Part shown: positions 15,978 through 25,944 of the stretch, piece after piece | Layout of the letters: the number at the start of each line of letters is the position of its first letter | Numbering within the stretch: the first letter of the stretch is position 1 | Source of the DNA: a virus | Lineage: Duplodnaviria; Caudoviricetes | Strand: one strand, 5' to 3' | IMG/VR virus record: IMGVR_UViG_3300042691_038096 | Span: 999 to 64,998 of that record | Length of the DNA stretch: 64,000 nucleotides | Notes under the pieces: model-generated | Databases searched by the model: none | What the model saw: only the letters and a program-made list of their open reading frames with translations | What the model was told of the DNA's origin: nothing | Position numbers and translations under genes: made by a program

Positions 15978-16475
15978 ATGGATAATAGTACAGAAACAAT
16001 AGAGCCTATAAAATTACAGTGGATCAAGGGCGATAAGATAGGCAATGTTGAGATTATATCTGGTACTGATAGTGAATGGACTCTTTTTGAAAGTGGAGCA
16101 AGGATATCAACTTCATTAATAAATGAATTTATGATTCCTATTACTATTCATGATCCAGTTCTAGATTTTAATTCTGCTATATCTTCTGTACCTCAACAAT
16201 CAAATCGGAGAGAGACCAAACAGCCTAAAACAGAAAAGAGTCCAATTCGTATTCTTTTTGATAAACAAAAGAATGCAGATAAGGTTACCCTTAACATATC
16301 AATTGACATAACAGTTCCTAAAAAGGATATGTTTGATATCTTAAGTGTTTCATTTGAATCCGAAGAAGTAGTTAAAGAACTTAATTCATTTATAGTTGAT
16401 CAAATTAAAGATGATCAAGTTAAAGAGTCTATTAACCATAGCATACTATCTCTTATAGAAGAGAGATATATGTGA
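15978..16475 (+). CDS. hypothetical protein
   Basis: ORF track. Confidence 0.7.
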   Translation: MDNSTETIEPIKLQWIKGDKIGNVEIISGTDSEWTLFESGARISTSLINEFMIPITIHDPVLDFNSAISSVPQQSNRRETKQPKTEKSPIRILFDKQKNADKVTLNISIDITVPKKDMFDILSVSFESEEVVKELNSFIVDQIKDDQVKESINHSILSLIEERYM

Positions 16476-16519
16476 TTCTAGCACATCAAAACCAGATAAT
16501 ATATAATAAAATAAATCTT

Positions 16520-16894
16520 ATGAACAACATACCTACACGTAGAGAACGCAGAGCTGCGATGAAATATCAAGGCATCTTAAAAATGAAAAGTGAATTATCA
16601 TTTAAGAAGTGGTGTGAATTTACTTCAAATACAATAAAAGCCGGTAAAGAGATTTTTGAAGCAAACAGAGATCGTATGGAGAAATTAATCGGTGAACAAC
16701 TTGAAGCCATTGAGGCTAAGTTAATTGTAACATGGAGGGATATGGGTTACACTGATTCTGAAATTGAACAGCTAAGAGAAGCAAATGCAATCTTAACTGT
16801 AAGAGATATGAATACATGGCAGACTGATAAAAAGGTTGCTAGAAAAATTATAAAAGAAGCTCATCAAGCACTATTAAGCAGATCAAATGGTTAA
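16520..16894 (+). CDS. hypothetical protein
   Basis: ORF restarted at MNNIPTRRERR after the late motif at 16498. Confidence 0.7.
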   Translation: MNNIPTRRERRAAMKYQGILKMKSELSFKKWCEFTSNTIKAGKEIFEANRDRMEKLIGEQLEAIEAKLIVTWRDMGYTDSEIEQLREANAILTVRDMNTWQTDKKVARKIIKEAHQALLSRSNG

Positions 16895-17207
16895 GATAGT
16901 TTTGGAACCTGCCAGTAATGGCGTTATAAAAAGAGTCGTTGATGATAACCGAGGTGGAGGCCATGAGCAATGGACCTCTACTGAAGTTTATGAATCAGAT
17001 GATGATAAGCAAGAATACATCATGCGATTCTTTTTTGATTTATGCGAGGATTTAGGAATGAATCTTGGCAGTAAGTTCGGTAAGGATGTCATTACTATCA
17101 GAACAGAATGGGGCAGCCATTTTGAACCATCGGAAGAAGAAATCAATTCCAAGATTAAAGAGCTTGAAGCCGAGCTTCAGTCCCTTAAAGAATGGAAGAA
17201 GTCTTAG
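16887..17207 (+). CDS. hypothetical protein
   Basis: ORF track. Confidence 0.7.
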   Translation: MVKIVLEPASNGVIKRVVDDNRGGGHEQWTSTEVYESDDDKQEYIMRFFFDLCEDLGMNLGSKFGKDVITIRTEWGSHFEPSEEEINSKIKELEAELQSLKEWKKS

Positions 17208-17590
17208 AATTTTCTTTTGTTTACTCCAAAGATGCAGTAAAGATAAAAGGTTTCATTGACGCGATACCTCGTAACATTGAGTGCATTAATTACATTGACA
17301 TTTATAATAAGCTTGCAAAAAATGATTACTTTCAATCAGAGCCATCTGATGCTGTAGTTTCATCTTATCTGATGAGACAACTTCAAACAATTTTAAGTAG
17401 GAGCACCACTAGGAATCTTTATTATGTTTTAGGCAGCCCAGAGAGGGATGTCATTTGTGGTGTACAATCGTATGTAAAGACTTTAACCGATAGAGATATC
17501 ATATTTAAGATTTATCATACACCTGAAGTTTCATTAAACGGAATGAGAAAACTGTTTGATGAAGCTGTTCAGTTTGAAATTGATTATTAA
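17192..17590 (+). CDS. hypothetical protein
   Basis: ORF track. Confidence 0.7.
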   Translation: MEEVLEFSFVYSKDAVKIKGFIDAIPRNIECINYIDIYNKLAKNDYFQSEPSDAVVSSYLMRQLQTILSRSTTRNLYYVLGSPERDVICGVQSYVKTLTDRDIIFKIYHTPEVSLNGMRKLFDEAVQFEIDY

Positions 17591-18153
17591 TGAAAGCACA
17601 CAGGATTTTTACTAAAGGACAAATTGTCTATTCTCTATTGTCATCGCATAATAGACCAAATGTCCTGTTGCCAGTAAAGGGACTGATTGTTGATACTGCA
17701 TGGGATCCTGTTAATCCTCTCTATAAGATAAAGATTATCAAGATGTACGATAATATGAAATTCTTAAAGACATATTTTTTTGATATGAACTTTAGATATG
17801 AATTTGATAATCGTGCTAGAAAAATGCCTCTTAAGAAAGAAGACTTTAAAACAACCAGGTCTCTTGAGGAGAGATTTAATCTAGAGGACATGGAGAGATT
17901 CTATGTTATTGTAGAATCTGTTATGTGTACAAAGACAAAGGTCGATTTAGAACAACTGTTTGAAAAGGTTCAATTTTATATCATTTCAAAGAACCTTAAA
18001 GAAATAAGGGAAAATGCAGTTAGACCTTTTCTTAAAGGATCATTTTCTCTGGATAGTACTCAGGAATTTGATAATAGGTTTAAGAAAGGCTGGGCCGATA
18101 AATTTGAAAGGTCCAAAATAGATATTAACAAGTATCTAGCCAGCCTCAATTAA
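17590..18153 (+). CDS. hypothetical protein
   Basis: ORF track. Confidence 0.7.
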   Translation: MKAHRIFTKGQIVYSLLSSHNRPNVLLPVKGLIVDTAWDPVNPLYKIKIIKMYDNMKFLKTYFFDMNFRYEFDNRARKMPLKKEDFKTTRSLEERFNLEDMERFYVIVESVMCTKTKVDLEQLFEKVQFYIISKNLKEIRENAVRPFLKGSFSLDSTQEFDNRFKKGWADKFERSKIDINKYLASLN

Positions 18154-18180
18154 ATATATAGAAAAAATAGATAACCTAAC

Positions 18181-19989
18181 GTGGGTAGACAAGACATTAC
18201 AGGGCTTAATAGCGCCTTAGCACCTAATCCTAATTCAAATCAGGCAATTCCACTCGGGGTATTTGGCGGGGAATCGGCAGGATTTGCGGGGGATGTTTTA
18301 CAGCAAGTAACAAAAAACTTTTATAGTCCAGATTTTGGTGCTATTGGTGATGGGTACACTGTTGCAAAAGGAATGGCTGAGACTAAGATTCCTAGATCTA
18401 TTTTTAATGAATATGCTTTATTTAACTTTAGAGGATTATATGGTGGTTTAGTAGGAAGCGGACCTTACGCTCAATATTTTGACATGCCAGATAATCCTTT
18501 GATGGGAGGATATGATGCAAAGTATGTTTCTGTTTCAAAGATAATTGAATTCTTTAATGAACACTATCCTAAGATTGGTTACAAAGCACAAGATTTTCTT
18601 TATCTTAAATATTACAAACAAATACCAGTAAATCATCTTATTACTTTAAGAAGGTTTCCAACCCCGGTTAATGATAATATATTTGACTTTAAAGTTACTC
18701 CTGCTACACAAGAAGGTGGACAACCTTCTTTAGAATCAGTTGATGTTACCCAGGTTGCTGGAGTTACAGCTGTAACTTATATGGGAGAAACTGCAGGTAA
18801 TAAACTAGATGACATTCTTAAATTTTCTTATGGACTAACATTTAAGGAAGTAACATCAGAAATGGAAAGCATACAAAGTAGTGATGGTGGATATACACAA
18901 CAACCATTTTATAATAAGATGAGTGGTATTGGAAGAGCTACCGCAGATGCGTTTAAAGGAATAAGTGCAGGTGAGAAATTTAGAAGACAACAATATGCAG
19001 ATGGAACCGACCGATTTGGAACCACCTATGCAAACTTTGTTATTGGACCGGTCAATGTAGTTAATAAGACTAACATTAGAGATAGAGGAATTAATTTTAG
19101 TAATGATATTAAACTTAATTTTGAGTATGAGCTTAAATCATTAAATTATGTTAACCCTAAAATTGCAATGATTGATATTATTAGCAATATGTTAACCATG
19201 TCAACCAATAATGGCCAATTCTTTGGTGGAGGACACAGATACTATGGATCTGGTGGATATGTTGCAAGTCAATTTGGCGATGTTAGTAAATTAAGAAATG
19301 GTGACTTTGCAGGTTACATAGGCAGTGTAGTAAGAGATGTTGAAACTGGGTTTAAGAATGTATTTGGTGGTGGTACTGGAGAGTTTAATCTAGAGAATGG
19401 TATTGAAGGCATTATAAAAGTTGGTAAAACATTATTAGGAAATATGCTAGGTGGATTTCTTAGTGAGAATGTTGGGGCTGTTGGTGGTACCCAGGCAACA
19501 AAGGCTTTTGTTAGTGGTGAACCTACAGGTGATTGGCATATTACTGTAGGAAATCCACTTAATCCTATTGTTATGATGGGTAATATGTACTGTGATAATG
19601 CTACTATGACATTAGGACAAGGCTTAGGCTATGATGATTTTCCAATGGAGGCTAAATTTGAACTAGATCTTAAACACGGTAAACCTAGAGACAAAGGCGA
19701 TATAGAAAATATGTTTAACGGTGGCCGTGGTAGAATATATGCATCTGCTGCAAATACAAAAGATGTTCTAAATCTAAGAGGAGCTGACGTTGCAACATAC
19801 GGTTCAGTTAAAGCCGGTACTGTAAACTTACAAAATACACAGTCAGATGCACCAGCAGGTAGTCTTAATAATAGTCAAATCGGTAATATAAATGGCAATA
19901 AAGTAAAGACTAAACCTAAAGCTAGTATATTTACTGATAATGATTCTGGATATGTAGATAATATTGTATCAATGATAATTGATTCATAA
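18181..19989 (+). CDS. baseplate / tail-tube initiator-like protein (gp48-like)
   Basis: C-terminal WHITVGNP...DDFPMEAKFELDL tube-fold pattern; first gene of the baseplate cluster; late motif at 18153. Confidence 0.55.
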   Translation: MGRQDITGLNSALAPNPNSNQAIPLGVFGGESAGFAGDVLQQVTKNFYSPDFGAIGDGYTVAKGMAETKIPRSIFNEYALFNFRGLYGGLVGSGPYAQYFDMPDNPLMGGYDAKYVSVSKIIEFFNEHYPKIGYKAQDFLYLKYYKQIPVNHLITLRRFPTPVNDNIFDFKVTPATQEGGQPSLESVDVTQVAGVTAVTYMGETAGNKLDDILKFSYGLTFKEVTSEMESIQSSDGGYTQQPFYNKMSGIGRATADAFKGISAGEKFRRQQYADGTDRFGTTYANFVIGPVNVVNKTNIRDRGINFSNDIKLNFEYELKSLNYVNPKIAMIDIISNMLTMSTNNGQFFGGGHRYYGSGGYVASQFGDVSKLRNGDFAGYIGSVVRDVETGFKNVFGGGTGEFNLENGIEGIIKVGKTLLGNMLGGFLSENVGAVGGTQATKAFVSGEPTGDWHITVGNPLNPIVMMGNMYCDNATMTLGQGLGYDDFPMEAKFELDLKHGKPRDKGDIENMFNGGRGRIYASAANTKDVLNLRGADVATYGSVKAGTVNLQNTQSDAPAGSLNNSQIGNINGNKVKTKPKASIFTDNDSGYVDNIVSMIIDS

Positions 19990-20002
19990 AAAAGATAGTA
20001 TA

Positions 20003-20569
20003 ATGAACATAAAATCATTAACACTTAAAAATAGTTTGGTAGACGAAAGGACTGGTGAATTCTATTATGACTTAACAGCTCCTTCATTTATTTATGATGC
20101 AGACTTAGGAATAAAGGCATTACATTATGTTTTGCCCGATCAAGTTGGGCGCATTGATAAAATTTCAGAAATCTATTTTGGGAGTGGCGAATACATAGAT
20201 GCGATATGTGTCATTAACAATATCTTTAATCCTTTTAGTATACAAGAAGCTGATATTTTAGTTATTCCTAATTTAACCAGACCTGACTTAGTTTATCAAA
20301 GACCTAATCCAGCTTCACGACCTACATCACCTCAATTACCATACATAGATACTGGAAGACAAAGTGAAAAAGATCAATCAAGAATACAGAGATTGGCTAA
20401 GAAAGCACAAGAAAGGCCTGCTGGAGTAACAACACCACTTCCTCCTAATATGTTACAGCCTGGAGAGGTTGCAAAAGTTTATGAAGCAGGTAAAGTTAAG
20501 TTAGGTGCAAATCTACCGTCAAGAAATCCTTTTATCAATTCAAATGATCAAACTATATCTAATAAGTAA
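20003..20569 (+). CDS. baseplate wedge protein, gp53/LysM-like
   Basis: GRIDKISEIYFGS...INNIFNPFSIQEADILVIP. Confidence 0.7.
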   Translation: MNIKSLTLKNSLVDERTGEFYYDLTAPSFIYDADLGIKALHYVLPDQVGRIDKISEIYFGSGEYIDAICVINNIFNPFSIQEADILVIPNLTRPDLVYQRPNPASRPTSPQLPYIDTGRQSEKDQSRIQRLAKKAQERPAGVTTPLPPNMLQPGEVAKVYEAGKVKLGANLPSRNPFINSNDQTISNK

Positions 20570-22056
20570 TGTCAGCAGTTGAAAGAAACATATTATCTAT
20601 AGTTAAACCTACCATTGTATTAGATGAATTAACCATACCCGATGTTGAAAGTGGTAGTGATAATTCAGGCGGGGCTGCAATAAAAGAAGCACCATCCAAG
20701 TTTAATACTATGATTCCTATCATTAGGGTAAATCAATATGATGTTCAGGGCGATAGGTTAAATATGTTTGAATTGGATTGCACCGGTTTTTACCCAACTT
20801 GTAGATTTAGTTTTTATGATAGAGACGGACTATTTACTGCTAGACATTATCCAACGGATGGTGATATCATTCAGGTTTATATAAGATCTGCTGGTGAAGA
20901 AACTACGTTTAAGCCAATTAGAATTGACTTTACTGTTGAAAATATTAAACCTCTAGGGGGAGGAGGCTCAACAAATAGTTCAAGCCAATTAATGATAGAG
21001 GGCAGAATGAATATTCCTAATCTTTTTACAGAAAAGGTTGAATATCAAAATGCTACAAGTTGGAATGCATTATTAGCAATTGCAGAAGGATTAAAACTAG
21101 GATATGCATCAAACGTTGAGGATACCGTAGATCAACAGGTTTGGACTAATCCTTATGATACTTCAGAAAAGTTTATTCGTGATATCACAGCTAATGCATA
21201 TCTTGATGATGAATCATTTTTAACATCATACATAGATCCTTATTATAACTTAACGCTAGTTGAGGTTAATAGAATGTTTGATATGACAGATGAAGATCTT
21301 GAAGCATCTCTTATGTATACCCAAAATGCAGGTGACACTATGGGTTCAGGACCACCTGAAGATTCAGAATATCCATTTCCTAACTTATTAAGTAATATGG
21401 TTCAGATGCAAGGTACCGCAAGATACATTTCTGTATACCAGCAAATCAATAAGAGTGGACAGGTAAGTAAAGATAATGGGTATAAGAGATATACGCAATA
21501 TTGGGATTTGAACACAAAGGAATTTATTAATGAATTTATAGACCCACTAACAAGTAATACACCAGGAATGGTGCCAGCAACAAGGGGGCGTGTATTGGCA
21601 GATGGTGAACCCGAAGGTCCAGTAAAAGACCAGGTTAAATATAAATACTTAGGAACACAAGGTGATAATGTTCATCCTCAATATTCTTATAGCGCAATTC
21701 TTAATTTTCAAAATCTTGCCGAGATAGAAAAATTTGGAATGGTATTAGAACTTGATACGGTTAATCCTGCTATTTCCAGATATACCAGAATCTACTGTCA
21801 AATTTTTGAATTTGCATCAAATGTTAAGAGTGTCTTAATGGCATCTACTGATGATGAAGATGTACCAAACAGTGCGCAAAAAAGACAAGAGAGAACAGAT
21901 AATGCTGGTAACGATTCATCATCAGAAAATGGTGTTCTTAATGAATATCTAACAGGGTTTTATGTTATCACTGGAATTGAATACTTTTTAACTAGGCCAG
22001 GCGGTTTAAGACAACGTTTACATTTAAGAAGACGAGAAGTGGTACCAAGTACCTAA
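20569..22056 (+). CDS. baseplate hub protein (gp27-like)
   Basis: C-terminal GFYVITGIEY...QRLHLRRRE; lies between the gp53-like and gp5-like genes. Confidence 0.6.
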   Translation: MSAVERNILSIVKPTIVLDELTIPDVESGSDNSGGAAIKEAPSKFNTMIPIIRVNQYDVQGDRLNMFELDCTGFYPTCRFSFYDRDGLFTARHYPTDGDIIQVYIRSAGEETTFKPIRIDFTVENIKPLGGGGSTNSSSQLMIEGRMNIPNLFTEKVEYQNATSWNALLAIAEGLKLGYASNVEDTVDQQVWTNPYDTSEKFIRDITANAYLDDESFLTSYIDPYYNLTLVEVNRMFDMTDEDLEASLMYTQNAGDTMGSGPPEDSEYPFPNLLSNMVQMQGTARYISVYQQINKSGQVSKDNGYKRYTQYWDLNTKEFINEFIDPLTSNTPGMVPATRGRVLADGEPEGPVKDQVKYKYLGTQGDNVHPQYSYSAILNFQNLAEIEKFGMVLELDTVNPAISRYTRIYCQIFEFASNVKSVLMASTDDEDVPNSAQKRQERTDNAGNDSSSENGVLNEYLTGFYVITGIEYFLTRPGGLRQRLHLRRREVVPST

Positions 22057-22079
22057 AATAAATAAAATAAAGGTCGCTA

Positions 22080-23480
22080 ATGCCAATTTCAGAACCGTAT
22101 AATCCTGCTAATGATCCTGCTATTAATCCGTTTAGAAGACGGACTACTAGTAACACGGATATCATTAAGAGATTTGTTACTCCACAAACTTCCGTTAGTG
22201 GCAGTGGAAATGGTGTGACATCATTAGATGATCCAACATTTCTTGGTTTTTCATTAAGATTTGATATCTTAAGTCCTCTATTTAATGGTGCAACAAATGG
22301 CGAACCGCAAGCACCACCTACTGAAGATACATTACTAGGCCAGATTGGTGGGGCTTTAGGATTAACTGCTCCGGCGCCTGAACCTGCAGGTAATGCAGGG
22401 TTAACCTCATCAGGTGAATCTGCTGTTGGATATCTTAATAAAGTAGGAGAACCTACAAGAGCATCTTATCTTCAATCATTTATACAAGGCTTGCGTGAAG
22501 TTAATCAATTTAGACCATATTATTGGCAAACAATAGAAGGTTTAACTGATGCATGGACTAATTCTAATAATATGCTTGATCCTTTTAATGGTACTAAAGA
22601 TGAAGAAGGAATAGCTATAGGATGTCTTGAAGCAATTGATCTTAAGATAAGTGCATTATTCAATTTATATAGAGCAGCTGTTTTAGATAATCAATATAAT
22701 AGATTTGTACTGCCGAAAAACTTAATGTACTTTGATGTTTATGTTGATGTTTATGAAATAAGAAACTTCAAATCTTCTGTTTCATTTTTAGATAGAATTA
22801 ACTCTGCTAGGAATAATACCGGTTTAGCACAAACAGATGTAGATCGTTTCTTAAACGATAATACATCCAGAATAACTTTTAAGTTTTCTGATTGTACTTG
22901 GGTAATTAATGAAAGTGGTAAAATATTTGAAAAGGTAACTAATGCTGGTGGAAATGAGATGGCTTCAACTTCAATGAAATGGAATTATAAGAGAATTGAG
23001 CTTCAGTCTGAATTTTCTGGATATGACCAAACTTTAGATGATGGCCAGTCAAACCAACCTGGAGGTAATCTTAGAAGCTTTGTTAGAAATGCAGCAACAC
23101 AAGCTGCACAAAATGCTGCAAACTCTGCATTAGAAAGAGCAAGACAAGCAGCTGCTGCACGAGTGCAGGGATTGCTTCTTGGTAATGTATTTGGTTTAAG
23201 AAATCAAGTTTTTAATGCATTACAAAACCCAGGCGCATTACAAGCAGCTATTGCTGGCGCTGGTCAAATCATTGGTAATATCATTGATAGAAGAAATGCA
23301 TCTGGCCCAAGACTAGGTGATAACCCATTAGGTAATCCATCTGCTATTCCTTCATCATTGCCTACAGAGAATCTTTTTCCTAATGATAGCAGCAATTATA
23401 GTGAACTGACTTCATCTAATATTTTTGGACCTGGTCCTTCAGGACCACCTCCATTAGAACCTACAAATGTATTTGGATAA
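22080..23480 (+). CDS. baseplate / tail-tube-fold protein (gp54-like)
   Basis: Position; tube-fold-like core; low-complexity tail. Confidence 0.45.
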   Translation: MPISEPYNPANDPAINPFRRRTTSNTDIIKRFVTPQTSVSGSGNGVTSLDDPTFLGFSLRFDILSPLFNGATNGEPQAPPTEDTLLGQIGGALGLTAPAPEPAGNAGLTSSGESAVGYLNKVGEPTRASYLQSFIQGLREVNQFRPYYWQTIEGLTDAWTNSNNMLDPFNGTKDEEGIAIGCLEAIDLKISALFNLYRAAVLDNQYNRFVLPKNLMYFDVYVDVYEIRNFKSSVSFLDRINSARNNTGLAQTDVDRFLNDNTSRITFKFSDCTWVINESGKIFEKVTNAGGNEMASTSMKWNYKRIELQSEFSGYDQTLDDGQSNQPGGNLRSFVRNAATQAAQNAANSALERARQAAAARVQGLLLGNVFGLRNQVFNALQNPGALQAAIAGAGQIIGNIIDRRNASGPRLGDNPLGNPSAIPSSLPTENLFPNDSSNYSELTSSNIFGPGPSGPPPLEPTNVFG

Positions 23481-24370
23481 TGGGAAGATTAACTACAAAG
23501 GATTTAAGAGCTGATAATTTAACAGGTACACAGTGGGTCGGAATAGTTGAAGATAATGAAGATGAACTATTTGAAGGCCGTTGTCGTATTCGTGTTTATG
23601 CAAAGATGGATCAACGGGTAGACCCAGCGGATCCTGCTAGTGATTTTGTTTTGCCTACTGATGCTTTACCATGGGCAAGACCATCTGTAAGTTCATCAGG
23701 TGGAAGTAATAGCGGAAGTGGTACTTTTTCTGTACCTAAGATTGGTACAGTATTAAGAGTAACCTTTGATAATGGAAATTACTATTCTCCAGTTTATCAT
23801 GAAAGTTTATACCCATCAGATGAGGTGAAGGCCGAAATACAAAATTCATATCAAAATTCTCATGTATTAATTTATGATACCGCGTTTGGTTTAACCGGTG
23901 GAGGCAATGAAGAAATTACAAATGAGAGAGAAGGCGAAAGTATAAAGGTATTCTTTACTGAGGAAAAAGGATTGATGATGGACTATACAACCGCAGCGGG
24001 TCCGACTACAGTTAATATTAAGCCAGATAATTCAGTTGAAATCATTAATGCAAATGGTGATAAGATTGTTATGTTAAATGATGGAAACATTACATTTACT
24101 CATTCTGCAAAATTCATAATTAACAGTACTGATAATACGGAAATCAATTGTAAAGATGCAATTATTAACTGTGAAAATATGGTTGTTAATCATTCATCAT
24201 CAATTGAGTTAGGTCAAGGCGCTAGTGAAAAGCTTGTATTGGGTGATTCATTTTTGAAATTATTCAATCAACATACACATATTGGTAACTTAGGTGCTCC
24301 TACAAGTCCTCCTATTGTACCAATGACACCTGCACAACATTTAAGTAAAAAACAAGTTAAAACAAAATAA
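23480..24370 (+). CDS. baseplate central spike (gp5/gpV-like; OB fold plus beta-helix, HxH tip, no lysozyme)
   Basis: GIVEDN..GRCRIRV, LPWARP, VPKIG, C-terminal NQHTH. Confidence 0.85.
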   Translation: MGRLTTKDLRADNLTGTQWVGIVEDNEDELFEGRCRIRVYAKMDQRVDPADPASDFVLPTDALPWARPSVSSSGGSNSGSGTFSVPKIGTVLRVTFDNGNYYSPVYHESLYPSDEVKAEIQNSYQNSHVLIYDTAFGLTGGGNEEITNEREGESIKVFFTEEKGLMMDYTTAAGPTTVNIKPDNSVEIINANGDKIVMLNDGNITFTHSAKFIINSTDNTEINCKDAIINCENMVVNHSSSIELGQGASEKLVLGDSFLKLFNQHTHIGNLGAPTSPPIVPMTPAQHLSKKQVKTK

Positions 24371-24373
24371 GAC

Positions 24374-24664
24374 ATGCCTTTAGTACAACCTACATTAAAT
24401 CTTGCATTAGAACAGGCATTTGATAAAGCGATGTTTGTCTTTGCTGAAACTATTGCAAATAGTCCGCAAGGAACTGATGTTGCTGATAAAGCAAGAAAGG
24501 CTGCAGCCAAAACCTTTGCTACCATAGCAACTCCTGCTATTGATCTTTATATTAAATCTGCAACTATTACAATACCGCCAGGGCAAGTGGTTTCATCTGT
24601 TGGTCCAACTGGTCCGGTATTAGGTGCGACAACAGTACCATCGCCTCCAGCAATTATTATTTAA
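24374..24664 (+). CDS. small virion protein after the spike (possible spike tip)
   Basis: Position; AIDLYIKSATITIPPG pattern. Confidence 0.5.
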   Translation: MPLVQPTLNLALEQAFDKAMFVFAETIANSPQGTDVADKARKAAAKTFATIATPAIDLYIKSATITIPPGQVVSSVGPTGPVLGATTVPSPPAIII

Positions 24665-24690
24665 ACAAATCTATATATGCTAGGTATAAA
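24663..24690 (+). promoter_or_regulatory. putative middle promoter AAAC-N18-TATAAA (late motif also at 24712)
   Basis: Motif family match upstream of the bS1 gene. Confidence 0.6.
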
Positions 24691-24749
24691 TATTGTAAAT
24701 TTAGCAATAGGGATATATAATCTATAGTTAACCTTTTAACAAAAAGTAA

Positions 24750-25904
24750 ATGATCGAACAAGAAATTACAATTAGGGTCAGTGATGATCCATTTGACACA
24801 AAAACATTCAAAGTTAGAGTACCTAAAGGAACAAAAATTTTATGTACAGAACCTTATGCAATTGAAGCGTTAGCTCAATATGGCTTAATGGAATCTGTTG
24901 AGGATCAAATCAAATTATGTGAAACTCGACAGTCATATAGTACAGAAGGTTCAATTATTTCCATAACAAAAGATAAAGATGGAAATAAGATAAGTGCATT
25001 AATTGATATTGGTACAAAGTATACTGCTTCATGTTCTTTAATTAAAGAGCCTAAATCAATTCTTGACCAACTTGAAGTTGGTATGATTGTTAATGTTAAG
25101 ATTAAGTCAGGCGCTCATGGTATAATTACTGCTTCAATATCTGATGCTATAGATGAAGTTAAGACCAATGAAATCATGAAATCTATTGGTGATAAGACCG
25201 TTGGATTTACCGGTAAGATCACTGAACTTATTCATGGTGGCTACTGGGTTGAGGTAGGTGGTATAAAATGCTTTATGCCAGGATCATTGGCCGGCCTTAA
25301 TAAATTACATAATTTTGAATCTTTAGTTGGCCAGGAACTTATTGTTATGCCAATATCATTCTCTGATGAAAAGAATACCATTATTGTATCTCACCGAGCA
25401 TATCTTAAGACATTAATTCCTTCAGCACTCGATGATTTACGAGAAAATGTTAAACAACCTATAACTGGTTTTGTGACCGGTACAACTAAGTTTGGTGTAT
25501 TTGCCGAATTTAATAAATGCTTAACTGGATTAATTCCTGATACTGTATTGGATGATACAACTCGTCAACTGTTTGAAAGGGACGGTATTAAGCCAGGTGA
25601 TAGTATATCTTTCTGGGTACAGGAAATAGTTTCCGATAAGAAAATAATTTTAACGCAACAAGGACCTCGTGAAGATATTTGGGATGATGCCGCTGAAAAA
25701 TATAAGCCAATGATGGTAACATCAGGTACCGTTACCAAGGTTACTAAGTATGGTGCATTTGTTGAATTAGAAAAAGGTATTAGCGGGTTAATTCATAAAA
25801 CCAAGTTAAAGGATACTCCGATTAATAGAGGTGATAAAGTTAATATCAAAATCTTAAGTATTAGTCCAAGCGATAGAAAGATTGCAATGTCATTAATTGA
25901 CTAA
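24750..25904 (+). CDS. rpsA: ribosomal protein bS1 homologue (four S1 domains)
   Basis: GGYWVEVGGIKCFMPGSL, TKFGVFAE, VTKYGAFVELEKGISGLIH. Confidence 0.85.
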   Translation: MIEQEITIRVSDDPFDTKTFKVRVPKGTKILCTEPYAIEALAQYGLMESVEDQIKLCETRQSYSTEGSIISITKDKDGNKISALIDIGTKYTASCSLIKEPKSILDQLEVGMIVNVKIKSGAHGIITASISDAIDEVKTNEIMKSIGDKTVGFTGKITELIHGGYWVEVGGIKCFMPGSLAGLNKLHNFESLVGQELIVMPISFSDEKNTIIVSHRAYLKTLIPSALDDLRENVKQPITGFVTGTTKFGVFAEFNKCLTGLIPDTVLDDTTRQLFERDGIKPGDSISFWVQEIVSDKKIILTQQGPREDIWDDAAEKYKPMMVTSGTVTKVTKYGAFVELEKGISGLIHKTKLKDTPINRGDKVNIKILSISPSDRKIAMSLID

Positions 25905-25944
25905 CCGTTTTGTGGTTGGAATATATAAACAAATTAGATAGTGA

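Noticed and set aside
23480-24664. Type VI secretion or eCIS locus (VgrG-like spike, gp25, baseplate J)
   Set aside because: Accompanied by a neck protein, fibres and T4-like replication genes, so it is a phage tail
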